Assembly (NCBI GenBank): GCA_018062765.1
Contig: JAGORR010000001.1
Span: forward strand, 356,930-420,929
Direction of reading: 5' to 3'
DNA length: 64,000 nt
From: Minisyncoccota bacterium
GTDB lineage: Bacteria; Patescibacteriota; Minisyncoccia; Phycocordibacterales; Phycocordibacteraceae
A program made the position numbers and the translations under genes. Below the pieces are notes generated by a model, which had not been told where the DNA came from, ran no database searches, and saw nothing but the letters and a program-made list of their open reading frames with translations. Below, one piece after another: positions 51,881 through 62,557 of the stretch; position 1 is the stretch's first letter, and every line of letters begins with the position of its first letter.

Positions 51881-53101
51881 ATGTCAGCCATCTTGTTTTC
51901 CATAGGTTCGCGTTCACCGCGCTCGAAGGCGCGTGCAGGAACGCTCACGACGCCGCATGGTGTCATCGAGACGCCCGCCTTCGTACCGGTAGGAACCAAG
52001 GCGAACGTGAAAGGCATCCTGCCGGAAACGCTAACGGCCATAGGAGCTCAGGTCGTTCTTGCTAATACCTACCACCTGTATCTCACGCCCGGCGAGGCTG
52101 TCGTAGAGCAGGCGGGAGGACTCGGGCAGTTCATGAACTGGAGCGGCCCTACGATGACGGACTCAGGCGGGTTTCAGGTGTTCTCTTTAGGTGTAGCGTT
52201 TGGAAAGACCATATCGAAGTTCGTGAAAGGCGAGGAGCCTGCCGAAGACGGGGTGGCGGTGTACGACGAGGGCGTCGCTTCGCAACACGGCCAGCTTGCG
52301 GTCATCGATGAGGAAGGCGTTACCTTCACCTCGCACTACGACGGTACCTTGCATCGCTTCACGCCGGAACGCTCGGTAGAGATTCAGCAACGACTTGGCG
52401 CAGACATGTTCTTCGCGTTCGATGAGTTCAAATCACCGACCGCGCCCTACGAGGAGCAAAAGGACTCGATGAATAGGACGCACCGCTGGGCGGAGCGCTC
52501 CCTTAAGGCGCATCGGCAGAATATCGCCGCGCGCGAGCGCCAGGCGATATTCGGCATCGTGCAGGGCGGGCGTCACGAAGACCTGCGGAAGGAATCCGCT
52601 AGAGAAATTGCCTCACTCGGATTCGACGGTATCGGCATCGGCGGCTCCTTCAGCAAGGAGGACATGCGAGGAGCGCTTCAAGCCGCGGTAAACGAATTGC
52701 CCGAAGAGCTACCCAAGCACTTCCTCGGGATAGGCGAGCCCGGCGATATCCTGGAGGGTATCGCTAACGGGATGGACCTCTTCGACTGTGTGGCGGCTAC
52801 CCGCATCGGCCGCCATGGCTCCATCTATACGAAGCGCGGGATACTTCACCTCCGGAATGGTTCCTTTAAGAACGACTTCTCGCCGCTTGACCCGGAGACG
52901 GTGATTCCGGGCACGGAAGGCTTCACACGCGCATACGTCTCGCACCTGACGCGAAGCGGGGAGCTACTCGGCTCCATGCTGTGCTCGATGCATAACGTCG
53001 GATTCATCCTTCAGCTCGTGGATGAAGCGCGACGTGCGATACAGGATGGTCGCTTCGAAGCATTTCGTGAGGAGTTTGTACGCAACTACTACAGCAATTG
53101 A
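51881..53101 (+). CDS. tgt: queuine tRNA-ribosyltransferase
   Basis: 406 aa. Contains TPHGVIETPAFVPVGT, LANTYHL, DSGGFQV and a C-terminal zinc-site region. Confidence 0.93.
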   Translation: MSAILFSIGSRSPRSKARAGTLTTPHGVIETPAFVPVGTKANVKGILPETLTAIGAQVVLANTYHLYLTPGEAVVEQAGGLGQFMNWSGPTMTDSGGFQVFSLGVAFGKTISKFVKGEEPAEDGVAVYDEGVASQHGQLAVIDEEGVTFTSHYDGTLHRFTPERSVEIQQRLGADMFFAFDEFKSPTAPYEEQKDSMNRTHRWAERSLKAHRQNIAARERQAIFGIVQGGRHEDLRKESAREIASLGFDGIGIGGSFSKEDMRGALQAAVNELPEELPKHFLGIGEPGDILEGIANGMDLFDCVAATRIGRHGSIYTKRGILHLRNGSFKNDFSPLDPETVIPGTEGFTRAYVSHLTRSGELLGSMLCSMHNVGFILQLVDEARRAIQDGRFEAFREEFVRNYYSN

Positions 53102-53152
53102 CATATGCCTTGATTAGTGGTATACAGTACTCAGTCAGCTAAGGAGGTACAG

Positions 53153-53260
53153 ATGGTTGCGAACGATAATTTTGCGTACGGCAAATGGAAGCGTCGCGTG
53201 TGGTGGGTAGCCGGCATCCTTGCAGCGATCGGAGCGATCGTCTACGCGATGTCGACGTGA
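53153..53260 (+). CDS. hypothetical 35-aa membrane peptide
   Basis: AAGGAGG, 6 nt, then ATG. Sequence is MVANDNFAYGKWKRRVWWVAGILAAIGAIVYAMST. A terminator follows. Too short for the ORF track. Confidence 0.45.
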   Translation: MVANDNFAYGKWKRRVWWVAGILAAIGAIVYAMST

Positions 53261-53280
53261 GCCCGCCGATCAGGCGAAGG

Positions 53281-53307
53281 GCGGCAGTCATTTTGACTGC
53301 CGCTTTT
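53281..53307 (+). terminator. intrinsic terminator
   Basis: GCGGCAGTC-atttt-GACTGCCGC-TTTTT. Confidence 0.75.
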
Positions 53308-53351
53308 TCTACATCCGCGGGCTGGCGCGTAAAGTGCTAGAATGTCCTGTC

Positions 53352-55418
53352 ATGGCGAATTTCAAGCTCCATACGCCCTTTCCGCCGGCTGGCGATCAGC
53401 CTGCGGCTATCAGCGCGCTCACCAAGGGGCTTAAGAACGGTCTCGAACACCAGACCTTGCTCGGCGTAACCGGCTCCGGAAAGACGTTCACCTGCGCAAA
53501 CGTCATCGCGAATTATGATAAGCCGACACTCGTCCTCGCGCACAACAAGACGCTTGCCGCGCAGCTCGCGCAGGAGTACCGCGAATTCTTCCCGGATAAC
53601 GCGGTGCACTTCTTCGTTTCGTACTATGACTACTACCAGCCGGAGGCATACATCGCGCACTCTGATACCTACATAGAGAAGGAGGCGCAGATAAACGCCG
53701 AGATAGATCGCCTAAGGCATGCTGCGACGCAGGCGCTTTTGACACGCAAGGATGTCATCATTGTGGCGTCCGTTTCAGCTATATACGGCCTCGGCTCGCC
53801 GGAAGAGTACGAGAAGGTGCATGTGAAGCTCGAGAAGGGAAAGGAGATAGAGGGCGGCCGGGCGGGACTTATCCGCAAGCTCATACGCATCTATTTCGAG
53901 CGCACGAACGCGGACCTTGAGCCTGGAAAGATCCGCGCCGTAGGGAACGCGGTGGAGTTCATGCCGGTCAACGAACGCTCTATATACCGGGTACGCTTCG
54001 ACGGGGATGTCGTCGCGGAGATCGAATGCCTCGACCCGGTATCCCGCGCGAAGTCGACTTCCGTGGACTCTGCGTTCATATTCCCGGCCAAGCACTTCGT
54101 ATCAGACGAGGAGGACAGAAACCGGGCAATCGAGGACATTAAGCTCGAGCTCGACGAGCACTTGGCGAAGCTGAAGCGCGAGGGCAAGGACCTCGAGGCG
54201 GAGCGCATGAAGCGCCGCACGCTTCATGATCTCGCTCTCATAAAGGAGATCGGCTATACGACGGGCATCGAAAACTACTCGCGTCACTTCGACGGCAGAA
54301 AGCCGGGAGAGCCGCCGCATACGCTGCTCTCCTACTTTCCACACAAGAAGGACGGTTCCGCGGATTTCCTCACGGTGATAGACGAGTCCCACGTAACCGT
54401 CTCGCAGATAGGCGGCATGTTCGCGGGTGACCGAAGTCGCAAAGATAACCTCGTTGAATACGGTTTCCGGCTGCCTTCGGCACGCGACAATCGTCCTTTG
54501 ATGTTCGAGGAATTCGAAAAGCGCATCGGACAAGTCATCTACACGTCTGCAACGCCAGGAAATTATGAACGTGAGCACTCGGTGGCACCTAGCGGCCAGG
54601 TTGTGGAGCAGATCATCCGTCCGACGGGCCTTATCGACCCGGAATTGGTCATACGGCCGGTCACCGAGGAAAAGGATTTCCCGGGGCAGGTGAAGGACTT
54701 TATCGCAGAGTCCGAGATTGTCATCAAGCGCGGCGGGCGTGCGCTTGCGACGACCCTCACCAAGCAGATGGCAGAGGACCTTGCGACGTTCCTGCGCGAG
54801 AAGGGAATCAAAGCCGAGTATCTTCACTCGGACATAAAGACCATCGACCGTATCGAGATACTCACGGCGTTCCGTAAGGGAACGTTCGACATACTGGTCG
54901 GCGTCAATCTCCTTCGAGAGGGGCTCGACCTGCCGGAAGTAGAGCTCGTTGGCATTCTCGACGCCGATAAGGAGGGATTCCTGCGCTCCGAGACCTCCCT
55001 CATCCAGACCATCGGACGCGCAGCGCGTAACGTTCTGGGGCGTGTGATTTTGTATGCGGATCAGATGACAGGGTCGCTTGAGAAGGCGATAGGGGAAACC
55101 AACCGACGTCGCGCGATTCAGGTTGCCTATAACGAGAAGCACGGCATAACGCCGCTTTCCATAAAAAAAGAGATTCGTGATATCGCTGAGTCGATACGCA
55201 CCGAGCATCAGAAGACAGTAGATTCGCTCCTCTCACTCGACGCAATCATGTATCGGGACGACCCAGAGGCGTTCGTGAAGGACAAGCGACAGCAGATGGC
55301 AGAGGCGGTGGAGTCCCTGGACTTCGAGACCGCAGCCCTCATCCGGGACGAGCTCTACGTGCTTGAAGGAAACGGCCCGGTTAAGAAAGCACGACCGAGA
55401 AATCGTCGTGGGCGGTAG
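53352..55418 (+). CDS. uvrB: excinuclease ABC subunit B
   Basis: ORF track 53220..55418, with the start at ATG 53352 (MANFKLHTPF). Contains GDQPAAI, GVTGSGKTF, helicase motifs and a C-terminal UVR domain (LDFETAALIRDEL). Confidence 0.95.
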   Translation: MANFKLHTPFPPAGDQPAAISALTKGLKNGLEHQTLLGVTGSGKTFTCANVIANYDKPTLVLAHNKTLAAQLAQEYREFFPDNAVHFFVSYYDYYQPEAYIAHSDTYIEKEAQINAEIDRLRHAATQALLTRKDVIIVASVSAIYGLGSPEEYEKVHVKLEKGKEIEGGRAGLIRKLIRIYFERTNADLEPGKIRAVGNAVEFMPVNERSIYRVRFDGDVVAEIECLDPVSRAKSTSVDSAFIFPAKHFVSDEEDRNRAIEDIKLELDEHLAKLKREGKDLEAERMKRRTLHDLALIKEIGYTTGIENYSRHFDGRKPGEPPHTLLSYFPHKKDGSADFLTVIDESHVTVSQIGGMFAGDRSRKDNLVEYGFRLPSARDNRPLMFEEFEKRIGQVIYTSATPGNYEREHSVAPSGQVVEQIIRPTGLIDPELVIRPVTEEKDFPGQVKDFIAESEIVIKRGGRALATTLTKQMAEDLATFLREKGIKAEYLHSDIKTIDRIEILTAFRKGTFDILVGVNLLREGLDLPEVELVGILDADKEGFLRSETSLIQTIGRAARNVLGRVILYADQMTGSLEKAIGETNRRRAIQVAYNEKHGITPLSIKKEIRDIAESIRTEHQKTVDSLLSLDAIMYRDDPEAFVKDKRQQMAEAVESLDFETAALIRDELYVLEGNGPVKKARPRNRRGR

Positions 55419-55487
55419 CTATTGACAGATATGTGTTTAGGTGCTATTATGCACATCAGCAATCACGCTAGCGGGTAGGAGATCCCA

Positions 55488-55901
55488 ATGCGGCAGTTCG
55501 TTTCCATGTCACTCGTTCTCGGCACTCTCTGCCTTTGTCTCGGGCTCGTTGCCTGCGGCGGGGCCCCTGGCGAACGCACCGTTCGCCGCGAATACGACGC
55601 ACTCATCGACTCTGTGAAGAACGAGGTCGGCTGGGCGGTCACGAAAGAGTCGCCGCGTCTGGAGAATCACGGAAAGGCGTCGATCGTCGCCGACAACGGC
55701 AACGGGCGCTGGATCGTGAAGACCGACGAGACGATCGCGATCGAGTTCTGGGACAATACGTTCTCAGAGCCGTACGATCAGCTCGAGATTCGCGAGGACG
55801 GCACCTGCGGCGATACACCCCAGGTTTGCATGTTCTTCAAAACCGAAGAGCTCGAGCGCGTCTATCGCACGCTCGACGACATGCTCATACATCGGTCCTG
55901 A
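55488..55901 (+). CDS. hypothetical lipoprotein
   Basis: 137 aa. Lipobox LGLVACGG. Confidence 0.6.
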   Translation: MRQFVSMSLVLGTLCLCLGLVACGGAPGERTVRREYDALIDSVKNEVGWAVTKESPRLENHGKASIVADNGNGRWIVKTDETIAIEFWDNTFSEPYDQLEIREDGTCGDTPQVCMFFKTEELERVYRTLDDMLIHRS

Positions 55902-55922
55902 GGTCCAGTGCCGAACTTCCAA

Positions 55923-55948
55923 CCTCCCCTGCATATCTGGGGAGGTTT
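55923..55948 (+). terminator. intrinsic terminator
   Basis: CCTCCCC-tgcatatc-TGGGGAGG-TTTcgTTT. Confidence 0.7.
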
Positions 55949-55975
55949 CGTTTATATATTGCTATCATTCAGGTA

Positions 55976-57004
55976 ATGCCTCTGGCGCTCTTGTTCTTCG
56001 TGTCTTATGTCATCCTAGCCGCCGTAGCTGCTGGCTCGGTCTGGTACTCGGTCATGGTGCAGGGCCATCCGCTATACGAGGCCGGTTCTACCGCTGTTGC
56101 CGCGGTCATCGTCCTTGCGCCGCTTTTCATATACTTATGGCTCACGATTGCGAAGCCGATGCGCGCTCTGAGAAGGGCGATGGCTGCATTCGCACAGGAC
56201 GGCACGCGACTCCCGTTCACGGTCCCGTCCTCCGCGCCGACAGATGTACGCTCATTGGCGCAATCGCTCTCAGCCTTGATCGAGGGCGTCGAGAAGCTGC
56301 ACAAGCGAGATGCGGAAGTGTCCCGCGTGAAGTCCGATTTCATCTCGACAGCCGCCCATCAGCTCCGGACCCCTTTGACCGGCATCCGCTGGGCGCTTGA
56401 AGCCCTAGAGAAGGACAACATCACGGAGGAACAGCGCTCCCTGGTAAAGAGCGCGACGGATAAGAGTCATGAGCTCGTCGCTATCGTCGGGACCCTGCTC
56501 GACATCTCTTCCATCGAATCAGGGAAGTACAAGTACAAGTTCGAGCTGGTGAATATCGATGCGCTTGCGGCCGAGGTCATCGCGGATCTGAAGCCACTCG
56601 CTGAGATGCGGAGCGTGTCATTGTCCCTGATGCACGCGACCGTCGCTGTGCCGAGCGTGAACGCGGACCGAGAGCGTATGAAGTGGGTCGTAACGAACCT
56701 CATCGAGAACGCAATACGGTACACGCCCTCCGGCGGAAGCGTTACCGCGGCGATGGACGTAGCTCCCGGCCGGGTGTACCTCATGGTGCGCGACACCGGC
56801 ATAGGCATCGCGCCAGAGGACAAGGGGAACATCTTCGAACGCTTCTATCGCGCGCAGAACGCGGTGGCCAAAGAGAATCAGGGCAACGGACTCGGTCTCT
56901 ATATCGCCCGCACCATCGCGACCGACCACGGCGGAGACCTGAATTTCACCCAGAACAAGGAGGGGCCAGGAACGACTTTCACCCTCTCCTTGCCGGCCGC
57001 ATAG
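55976..57004 (+). CDS. sensor histidine kinase (2 TM, HisKA + HATPase_c)
   Basis: ORF track 55535..57004 is over-extended across the terminator, so the start is ATG 55976 (MPLALLFFV). H-box is STAAHQLRTPLTGI. N, G1 and G2 boxes are present (NLIENAIRYT, DTGIGI, GNGLGL). Confidence 0.88.
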   Translation: MPLALLFFVSYVILAAVAAGSVWYSVMVQGHPLYEAGSTAVAAVIVLAPLFIYLWLTIAKPMRALRRAMAAFAQDGTRLPFTVPSSAPTDVRSLAQSLSALIEGVEKLHKRDAEVSRVKSDFISTAAHQLRTPLTGIRWALEALEKDNITEEQRSLVKSATDKSHELVAIVGTLLDISSIESGKYKYKFELVNIDALAAEVIADLKPLAEMRSVSLSLMHATVAVPSVNADRERMKWVVTNLIENAIRYTPSGGSVTAAMDVAPGRVYLMVRDTGIGIAPEDKGNIFERFYRAQNAVAKENQGNGLGLYIARTIATDHGGDLNFTQNKEGPGTTFTLSLPAA

Positions 57005-57023
57005 CCGTGCTATCCTAGCCTCC

Positions 57024-57404
57024 ATGACCGACACCAAATTCCTCCTCGTCGTCGAGGACGACCCCATCCTTAAGAACCTCCTAGGGCATACGTTTGCGGG
57101 GAAGTACCAGACCCTGTACGCATCCGACGGTAACGAGGCTATGTCGCTCTTCGAGCAATACCGGCCTGCTATGGTCCTTCTCGACCTCATGCTCCCAGCG
57201 ATGGACGGATTCGCCGTTCTCGAGACTATCCGCAAGCGACCGGATGAGGCAGGGAAGACGCCTATCATCGTCGTTTCGAATCTCGGACAGGAGAAAGATA
57301 AAGAGCGCGCGAAACAGCTTGGTGCTACCGAGTACCTGGTGAAGGCGGAGAATTCCGTGGAGGAGATAGTCGCACGGATGGAGAAGGTGCTCGGTTCTGC
57401 GTAA
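57024..57404 (+). CDS. single-domain response regulator (CheY-like receiver)
   Basis: 126 aa. Contains LLVVEDDP, VLLDLMLPAMDG and VSNLG..., with no output domain. Confidence 0.88.
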   Translation: MTDTKFLLVVEDDPILKNLLGHTFAGKYQTLYASDGNEAMSLFEQYRPAMVLLDLMLPAMDGFAVLETIRKRPDEAGKTPIIVVSNLGQEKDKERAKQLGATEYLVKAENSVEEIVARMEKVLGSA

Positions 57405-57631
57405 CGGTACTGCAGCAGGTGCATATACGGAGTACACGTCAGCTCCTCCAGCGAGGAGCTGCGACTCTCTCGGCCTAGCAAATCCGCTCGCAGCTGCCCT
57501 ACAGCTCGCGGATTGCCATGCTGCTGCGGCCTGCGACGCCTCCTCCTGTGCACCTGCTTCCGTCACCTTCTATGTCAATCCTCGCTAGGAAAGGGTCGAT
57601 TTGATAGTATGTCTGGTGACCCTGTGCCTCC

Positions 57632-60298
57632 ATGCGCGGGCGCAAATCTATGGCAAGCAAGGCAAAAAAGGACGAGCATCACGCACGGGGAGCTGATTGG
57701 CTCACCGTTAAGGGTGCGCGTACCCATAACCTCAAGAACATATCGGTAAAGATGCCTCGTGGCGCGATGAGCGTCATCACAGGACTCTCCGGCTCCGGAA
57801 AGTCTTCTCTCGCTTTCGATACGATATTCGCCGAAGGGCAGCGTCGCTACGTCGAGTCGCTCTCCGCGTACGCGCGCCAATTCCTCAATCAGATGGGGAA
57901 GCCGGATGTTGACGAGATTACCGGCCTCTCGCCCGCTATTTCCATAGATCAGAAGAGTCGCTCGAATAACCCGCGCTCGACGGTGGCGACCATCACCGAG
58001 ATTTACGACTACCTGCGCGTCCTTTATGCGCGCGCGGGGCAGCCCTACTGCGTGAATCACGACGTACCCATCGTGAAGCTTTCAAAAGAGGAGATGGTGA
58101 AGATCGTCATGATGCGCCTTTCCGCCAGAGGCGAAGCTGGAGGCAAGGAGAAGGTGATGGGAGTTGCGGTCGATGCGCGGCAGGTAGCCGTTATGGCGCC
58201 GGTCGTTGTTGGTCGCAAGGGAGAGTACTACCAGCTTCTCTACGACCTCTTGGGTAAGGGTTACGAAAAAGTCGTAGTCGACGGAAAGACGCAGTCCTTG
58301 CGCGAGAAGATCGTGCTCGATCGGAACAAGCGGCATGACATCGACGCTCTGGTCGATACTATTTACCTTTCGGAATTCGAGAAGAACCCGAGCGCCGCGC
58401 GTGAGCGCCTGTCGGAAGCGCTTGAACTCGCGCTTAAGGAAGCGGACGGTCTGGTAAAGATTCGCCACGCAGACGGTACGACCGAGACCCTATCCTCGAA
58501 ATTCATCTGTCCAGAGGACGGTGCCTCGTTCCCTGAAGTCGAGCCTCGTCTGTTCTCGTTCAATAGTCCGTATGGTGCATGTCCCATATGTAACGGACTC
58601 GGTACCGAGTCTCTTTTCTCAGATGAGGTTTGCTCTACGTGCGAGGGAGCGCGCCTGCGTCCCGAAGCGCTCCGTGTCTTCCTGAAGGGTAAGGTCAAAA
58701 AGGGTGAAAACCCGCTTGGAAAGAACATTGTCGACTTCACGTCGATGTCGATACGCGACGCGAAGGAATTCGTCGACTCCTTGGAGTTCTCGGAACTGAA
58801 GACAGAGATCGCCGCGCCTATCGTCCGCGAAATAGACGGACGCCTGAAGTTCATGCTTGATGTCGGCCTTGATTACCTCTCGCTCTCGCGCACCGCGGCG
58901 ACGTTATCTGGTGGCGAGGCGCAGCGTATCCGTTTGGCGTCACAGCTTGGCACCGGTCTTGTGGGCGCACTCTATGTGCTTGATGAGCCCACTATAGGTC
59001 TTCATCAGCGCGATAACGACCGACTCATAAAGACCTTGGTATCTCTTAAGGAGCTCGGGAACACCATCATCGTCGTTGAGCACGACGAGGACACTATTTA
59101 CGCATCTGATTACCTCATCGATATCGGACCAGGAGCCGGAACCCATGGCGGGCAGGTAGTGGTCTCCGGCTGGCTTGAAGATCTCTTAACCGCAAAGACG
59201 AACGAAAGCGGGTCATCAACGCTTGCGTATCTTCGAGAGGAGAACGAGATTCCGGTTCCGGAGGAACGTCGCACAAGCGAGAAGGGAGCCATTAAGATCC
59301 GCGGCGCGACTCTGCATAACCTCGTGAATCAGAATGTTGATATTCCGCTTGGAAAGCTCGTGGGTATCACCGGCGTATCGGGCTCCGGGAAGTCTACGTT
59401 TCTGTATGACGTGCTTCATAAGAACGTCGCTGCAAAGTACTCAAGGCGTCAGTCTGAGGCGGTGCACGCGGCAAGCATTACCGGCACGGAGTACCTTTCC
59501 CGTGTCGTTCTCATTGACCAGTCCGCGATAGGCCGTACGCCACGCTCTAACCCCGCGACCTATACGGGCGCGTTTACGCACATACGCGATCTGTTCTCGG
59601 CGACGCCCGAGGCACGCGCACGCGGATGGAAGCCAGGCCGGTTCTCGTTCAACGTTCCGGGTGGCCGCTGCGAGGCATGCCAGGGCAACGGCATGGTAGC
59701 GGTGGAGATGCACTTCCTGCCGACCGTCTATGTCGTGTGTGACGTATGCGAGGGAAAGCGATTCATGAAAGAGACCCTAGACGTCACCTTCCGCGGTAAG
59801 AACATCCACGAAGTGCTCGGGCTCACCATCGAGGACGCGGTGGCGTTCTTCAAGGATATTCCGGCAATCGAGGATCGTCTCGCGACCTTGGTATCTACGG
59901 GACTCGGATACCTCACGCTGGGGCAGTCCGCGACAACGCTGTCCGGAGGCGAGGCGCAGCGCGTGAAGATTGCCACGGAGTTCTATCGTCCTATCACGAT
60001 GAAGACGCTTTACTTGCTTGATGAGCCAACGGTGGGGCTTCATTACGATGACGTACGCCGCCTCGTCGAGATCCTCCAGGAATTGGTACGACGCGGAAAC
60101 ACCGTAGTCGTCATCGAGCATAACCTCGACGTCATCAAGTGCGCTGACTACCTCATCGACTTCGGTCCTGAGGGTGGCGCCGGTGGCGGGAAGGTCGTCG
60201 CTAGAGGAACGCCGGAGGAAGTTTCCAATACTGAAGGCTCTCATACCGGCTACTACCTCAAGAAGGTCCTTGCTCGCAAAATAAAGCGGCCCAAGTAA
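57632..60298 (+). CDS. uvrA: excinuclease ABC subunit A
   Basis: 888 aa. The start could instead be ATG 57650. Contains [10 protein letters not shown], two ABC modules ([18 protein letters not shown]; LSGGEAQR twice) and zinc-finger Cys clusters. Confidence 0.96.
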   Translation: MRGRKSMASKAKKDEHHARGADWLTVKGARTHNLKNISVKMPRGAMSVITGLSGSGKSSLAFDTIFAEGQRRYVESLSAYARQFLNQMGKPDVDEITGLSPAISIDQKSRSNNPRSTVATITEIYDYLRVLYARAGQPYCVNHDVPIVKLSKEEMVKIVMMRLSARGEAGGKEKVMGVAVDARQVAVMAPVVVGRKGEYYQLLYDLLGKGYEKVVVDGKTQSLREKIVLDRNKRHDIDALVDTIYLSEFEKNPSAARERLSEALELALKEADGLVKIRHADGTTETLSSKFICPEDGASFPEVEPRLFSFNSPYGACPICNGLGTESLFSDEVCSTCEGARLRPEALRVFLKGKVKKGENPLGKNIVDFTSMSIRDAKEFVDSLEFSELKTEIAAPIVREIDGRLKFMLDVGLDYLSLSRTAATLSGGEAQRIRLASQLGTGLVGALYVLDEPTIGLHQRDNDRLIKTLVSLKELGNTIIVVEHDEDTIYASDYLIDIGPGAGTHGGQVVVSGWLEDLLTAKTNESGSSTLAYLREENEIPVPEERRTSEKGAIKIRGATLHNLVNQNVDIPLGKLVGITGVSGSGKSTFLYDVLHKNVAAKYSRRQSEAVHAASITGTEYLSRVVLIDQSAIGRTPRSNPATYTGAFTHIRDLFSATPEARARGWKPGRFSFNVPGGRCEACQGNGMVAVEMHFLPTVYVVCDVCEGKRFMKETLDVTFRGKNIHEVLGLTIEDAVAFFKDIPAIEDRLATLVSTGLGYLTLGQSATTLSGGEAQRVKIATEFYRPITMKTLYLLDEPTVGLHYDDVRRLVEILQELVRRGNTVVVIEHNLDVIKCADYLIDFGPEGGAGGGKVVARGTPEEVSNTEGSHTGYYLKKVLARKIKRPK

Positions 60299-60409
60299 TC
60301 GGACAGACTAAGGTGCGAAGTAGAAAACGACTGTTGGTGTTGCGCAAGGCGCTCGGAAGCTGCTAGTCTTAAATCTTCAGAAGCTCTCCATACGAAAAGG
60401 ACCTGTGCG

Positions 60410-60913
60410 ATGAAGGGAACTCGAACGCTAGAAGAACTCCTCGAGCGACACAAGATGCCGAAGCGTCCGCGCTGGGATGCGGAGCGGCCGCTGTACTACG
60501 TGCAACCGACTCCTCCCAAGGATTGCGGGCCGTGGAAGATGAACCGATGGTTCCCCACGGTGAATTCGATATGCGAGCCGTTGCTCGGGCACAGCGTGCG
60601 CGACCGAGCGACAGGGAAGATCGACGGAGTACGCTACCCGCCCATGGCCGCGAAGTACCGGATGTATCGCGAGGCGCTCGAGCTTGTAGCCGTAACCGGC
60701 AACCGTTCGGAACTCCTTACGATAGCCGTCTATCGCCGGAACGTGAGCCTCGGGAATCTCGAGCTCGACAAGCTCCTGGTGGCGCTCGGCGACCGGTTTG
60801 CGGATACGCCCTGGGAACTCATACAGGTGCGTATGCCGCACGGCACGTGGGTGGAGGCCCAGTGCATGCTGCGCGCGAACGAAGCGCGAGCCGTACTCAT
60901 CGCTGCCCAATAG
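60410..60913 (+). CDS. hypothetical protein between uvrA and uvrC
   Basis: 167-aa ORF with G/C-biased third codon positions. No family recognised. The opposite-strand ORF 60428..61000 looks like a shadow. Confidence 0.45.
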   Translation: MKGTRTLEELLERHKMPKRPRWDAERPLYYVQPTPPKDCGPWKMNRWFPTVNSICEPLLGHSVRDRATGKIDGVRYPPMAAKYRMYREALELVAVTGNRSELLTIAVYRRNVSLGNLELDKLLVALGDRFADTPWELIQVRMPHGTWVEAQCMLRANEARAVLIAAQ

Positions 60914-60980
60914 ACCGCGAACCCGACCTAGGTTGGGTTCGCTTCTTTCCAATGACCGATTGAGCGCGTACGATTTACCC

Positions 60981-62279
60981 ATGATTCGCGACGACCTCAA
61001 GAAATTCGACCTTCCGGATGTCCCTGGGGTCTATCTCTTTTCCGCGGGGAAGGGGTCAGCGAAGCGCATTCTCTACGTAGGAAAGGCGACGTCCTTGCGG
61101 GATCGCGTGCGTTCCTATTTCGATGACGACCTTATTGCGACCCGGGGCCCGCGGCTTGTCGATATGGTGACGAAGGCGGACCGGGTGTCGTTTGAAACGA
61201 CGCCCACCGTGCTTGAGGCGCTGGTGCGCGAGGCTGCACTCATACGCGAGTATCTGCCGCCGGCCAATAGCGAGGGCAAGGATGATAAGTCGTTCCTGTA
61301 CGCGGTGGTAACCGATGAGGATGTGCCTCGTGTGCTCCCAGTGCGCGCTACCGCTATTGATATGGCTGCGAAGACGATATCCGAGCCGCAGGAAGTGGGC
61401 GTACGGAGCATTCACGGACCGTTTACCTCCGGGTACCAGCTTCGAACCGGCCTTGGCCTCATACGGAAGATATTTCCGTTTTTTGATACGGCGCAGCCAA
61501 TCATCCTGGTCGATGGACGGACGACGCTCGCGACCACCAATAAGCATCAGAAGGCGAAAGTAGAATTTAACAGGCAGATAGGTCAGTACCCGCGCGAGTT
61601 CGATCGGAAGTCCTACATGCGCTCGATACGGAACATCGAGCTATTTCTCTCCGGCGAGACGAAGGCGCTCCGGCGCAAGCTCGAAAAGTATATGAAGGAA
61701 GCGGCGGACGAGGAGCGCTTCGAGGATGCAGGCGAGGCGCGCCGGCAGCTATTCTCGCTCGACCACATACAGGATGTGTCGCTCATCAAGGCGGAGCGCA
61801 CGGAAGACAAGGCGTCTCCGCGTATAGAGGCATACGACACCGCGCATATCTCTGGTACGAATGCGATAGGCGTTATGACGGTTCTCGACTCAGGGCTCCC
61901 GGTAAAGCGGGACTATCGCACTTTCCGCATACGCGGGAAAGGCGGGAAGTCCCTAAACGATGACATCGCCTCCATGCGCGAGATCCTCGCGCGCCGCTTC
62001 AATCACCCGGAATGGCCGTACCCGCGCGCTATCGTGGTGGATGGCGGAAAGACGCATAGGAAGCAGGCAGAGTCGCTTCTCGCGGAGCTCGGCATAGGTA
62101 TCCCGGTACTCGCAGTCGTAAAGGACGAGCGCCACCGCCCGCGCGAGGTGCTCGGGATGAAGCCGGGATTTGCCGAGCAGGGCATTACTCCGGCGGATGC
62201 GGTGCTCGCAAATAGTGAAGCACATCGCTTCTCCCTGCGGCGCCATCGCGAAGCGCGCTCAAGAAGCCTGCGCAAGTAA
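60981..62279 (+). CDS. uvrC: excinuclease ABC subunit C (short form lacking the C-terminal HhH region)
   Basis: ORF track 60798..62279, with the start at ATG 60981 (MIRDDLKKF). GIY-YIG region is PGVYLF...ILYVGKATSLRDRV. UVR domain is ERFEDAGEARRQL. Endonuclease domain is IEAYDTAHISG. Confidence 0.9.
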   Translation: MIRDDLKKFDLPDVPGVYLFSAGKGSAKRILYVGKATSLRDRVRSYFDDDLIATRGPRLVDMVTKADRVSFETTPTVLEALVREAALIREYLPPANSEGKDDKSFLYAVVTDEDVPRVLPVRATAIDMAAKTISEPQEVGVRSIHGPFTSGYQLRTGLGLIRKIFPFFDTAQPIILVDGRTTLATTNKHQKAKVEFNRQIGQYPREFDRKSYMRSIRNIELFLSGETKALRRKLEKYMKEAADEERFEDAGEARRQLFSLDHIQDVSLIKAERTEDKASPRIEAYDTAHISGTNAIGVMTVLDSGLPVKRDYRTFRIRGKGGKSLNDDIASMREILARRFNHPEWPYPRAIVVDGGKTHRKQAESLLAELGIGIPVLAVVKDERHRPREVLGMKPGFAEQGITPADAVLANSEAHRFSLRRHREARSRSLRK

Positions 62280-62401
62280 AAGAGTATTCCCGTTTGCGTA
62301 TGAGTTGCCTCGGGTGCTAGCTGCCCTGGTTGGTCGTGCGTTGCCCGGCAGCGCGTATCAAGCAGCCCGCTTCAGAACTTCTCTTTCCTCCTTACTTTCA
62401 C

Positions 62402-62441
62402 TTGCTCCATCCCGGTGCCTATAGGCACCGGGATGGAGCAA
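62402..62441. repeat. perfect 40-nt palindrome, copy 2 (TTGCTCCATCCCGGTGCCTA|TAGGCACCGGGATGGAGCAA)
   Basis: Read directly. It differs from copy 1 (5987-6026) only at the symmetric positions T/A to C/G. Confidence 0.9.
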
Positions 62442-62557
62442 TGCATAAATAGGGCATATATGTGCGAGTCATACATACACGAGCGGTACATATGATGCGG
62501 TGGGAGTTGAAATGGTGTGCTGAAACTTGAGTGCAGGAGCTGCGTTATACTTTGCAT

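Noticed and set aside
55535-55975. N-terminal 147-aa extension of the histidine-kinase ORF; similar over-extensions at 53220 (uvrB), 60798 (uvrC), 5972 (methyltransferase), 12726..13700 (aminotransferase) and 15759 (desulfurase).
   Set aside because: The extensions overlap upstream genes, terminators or tRNAs, and are Arg-rich nonsense. Internal ATGs give N-termini that match the expected family starts.
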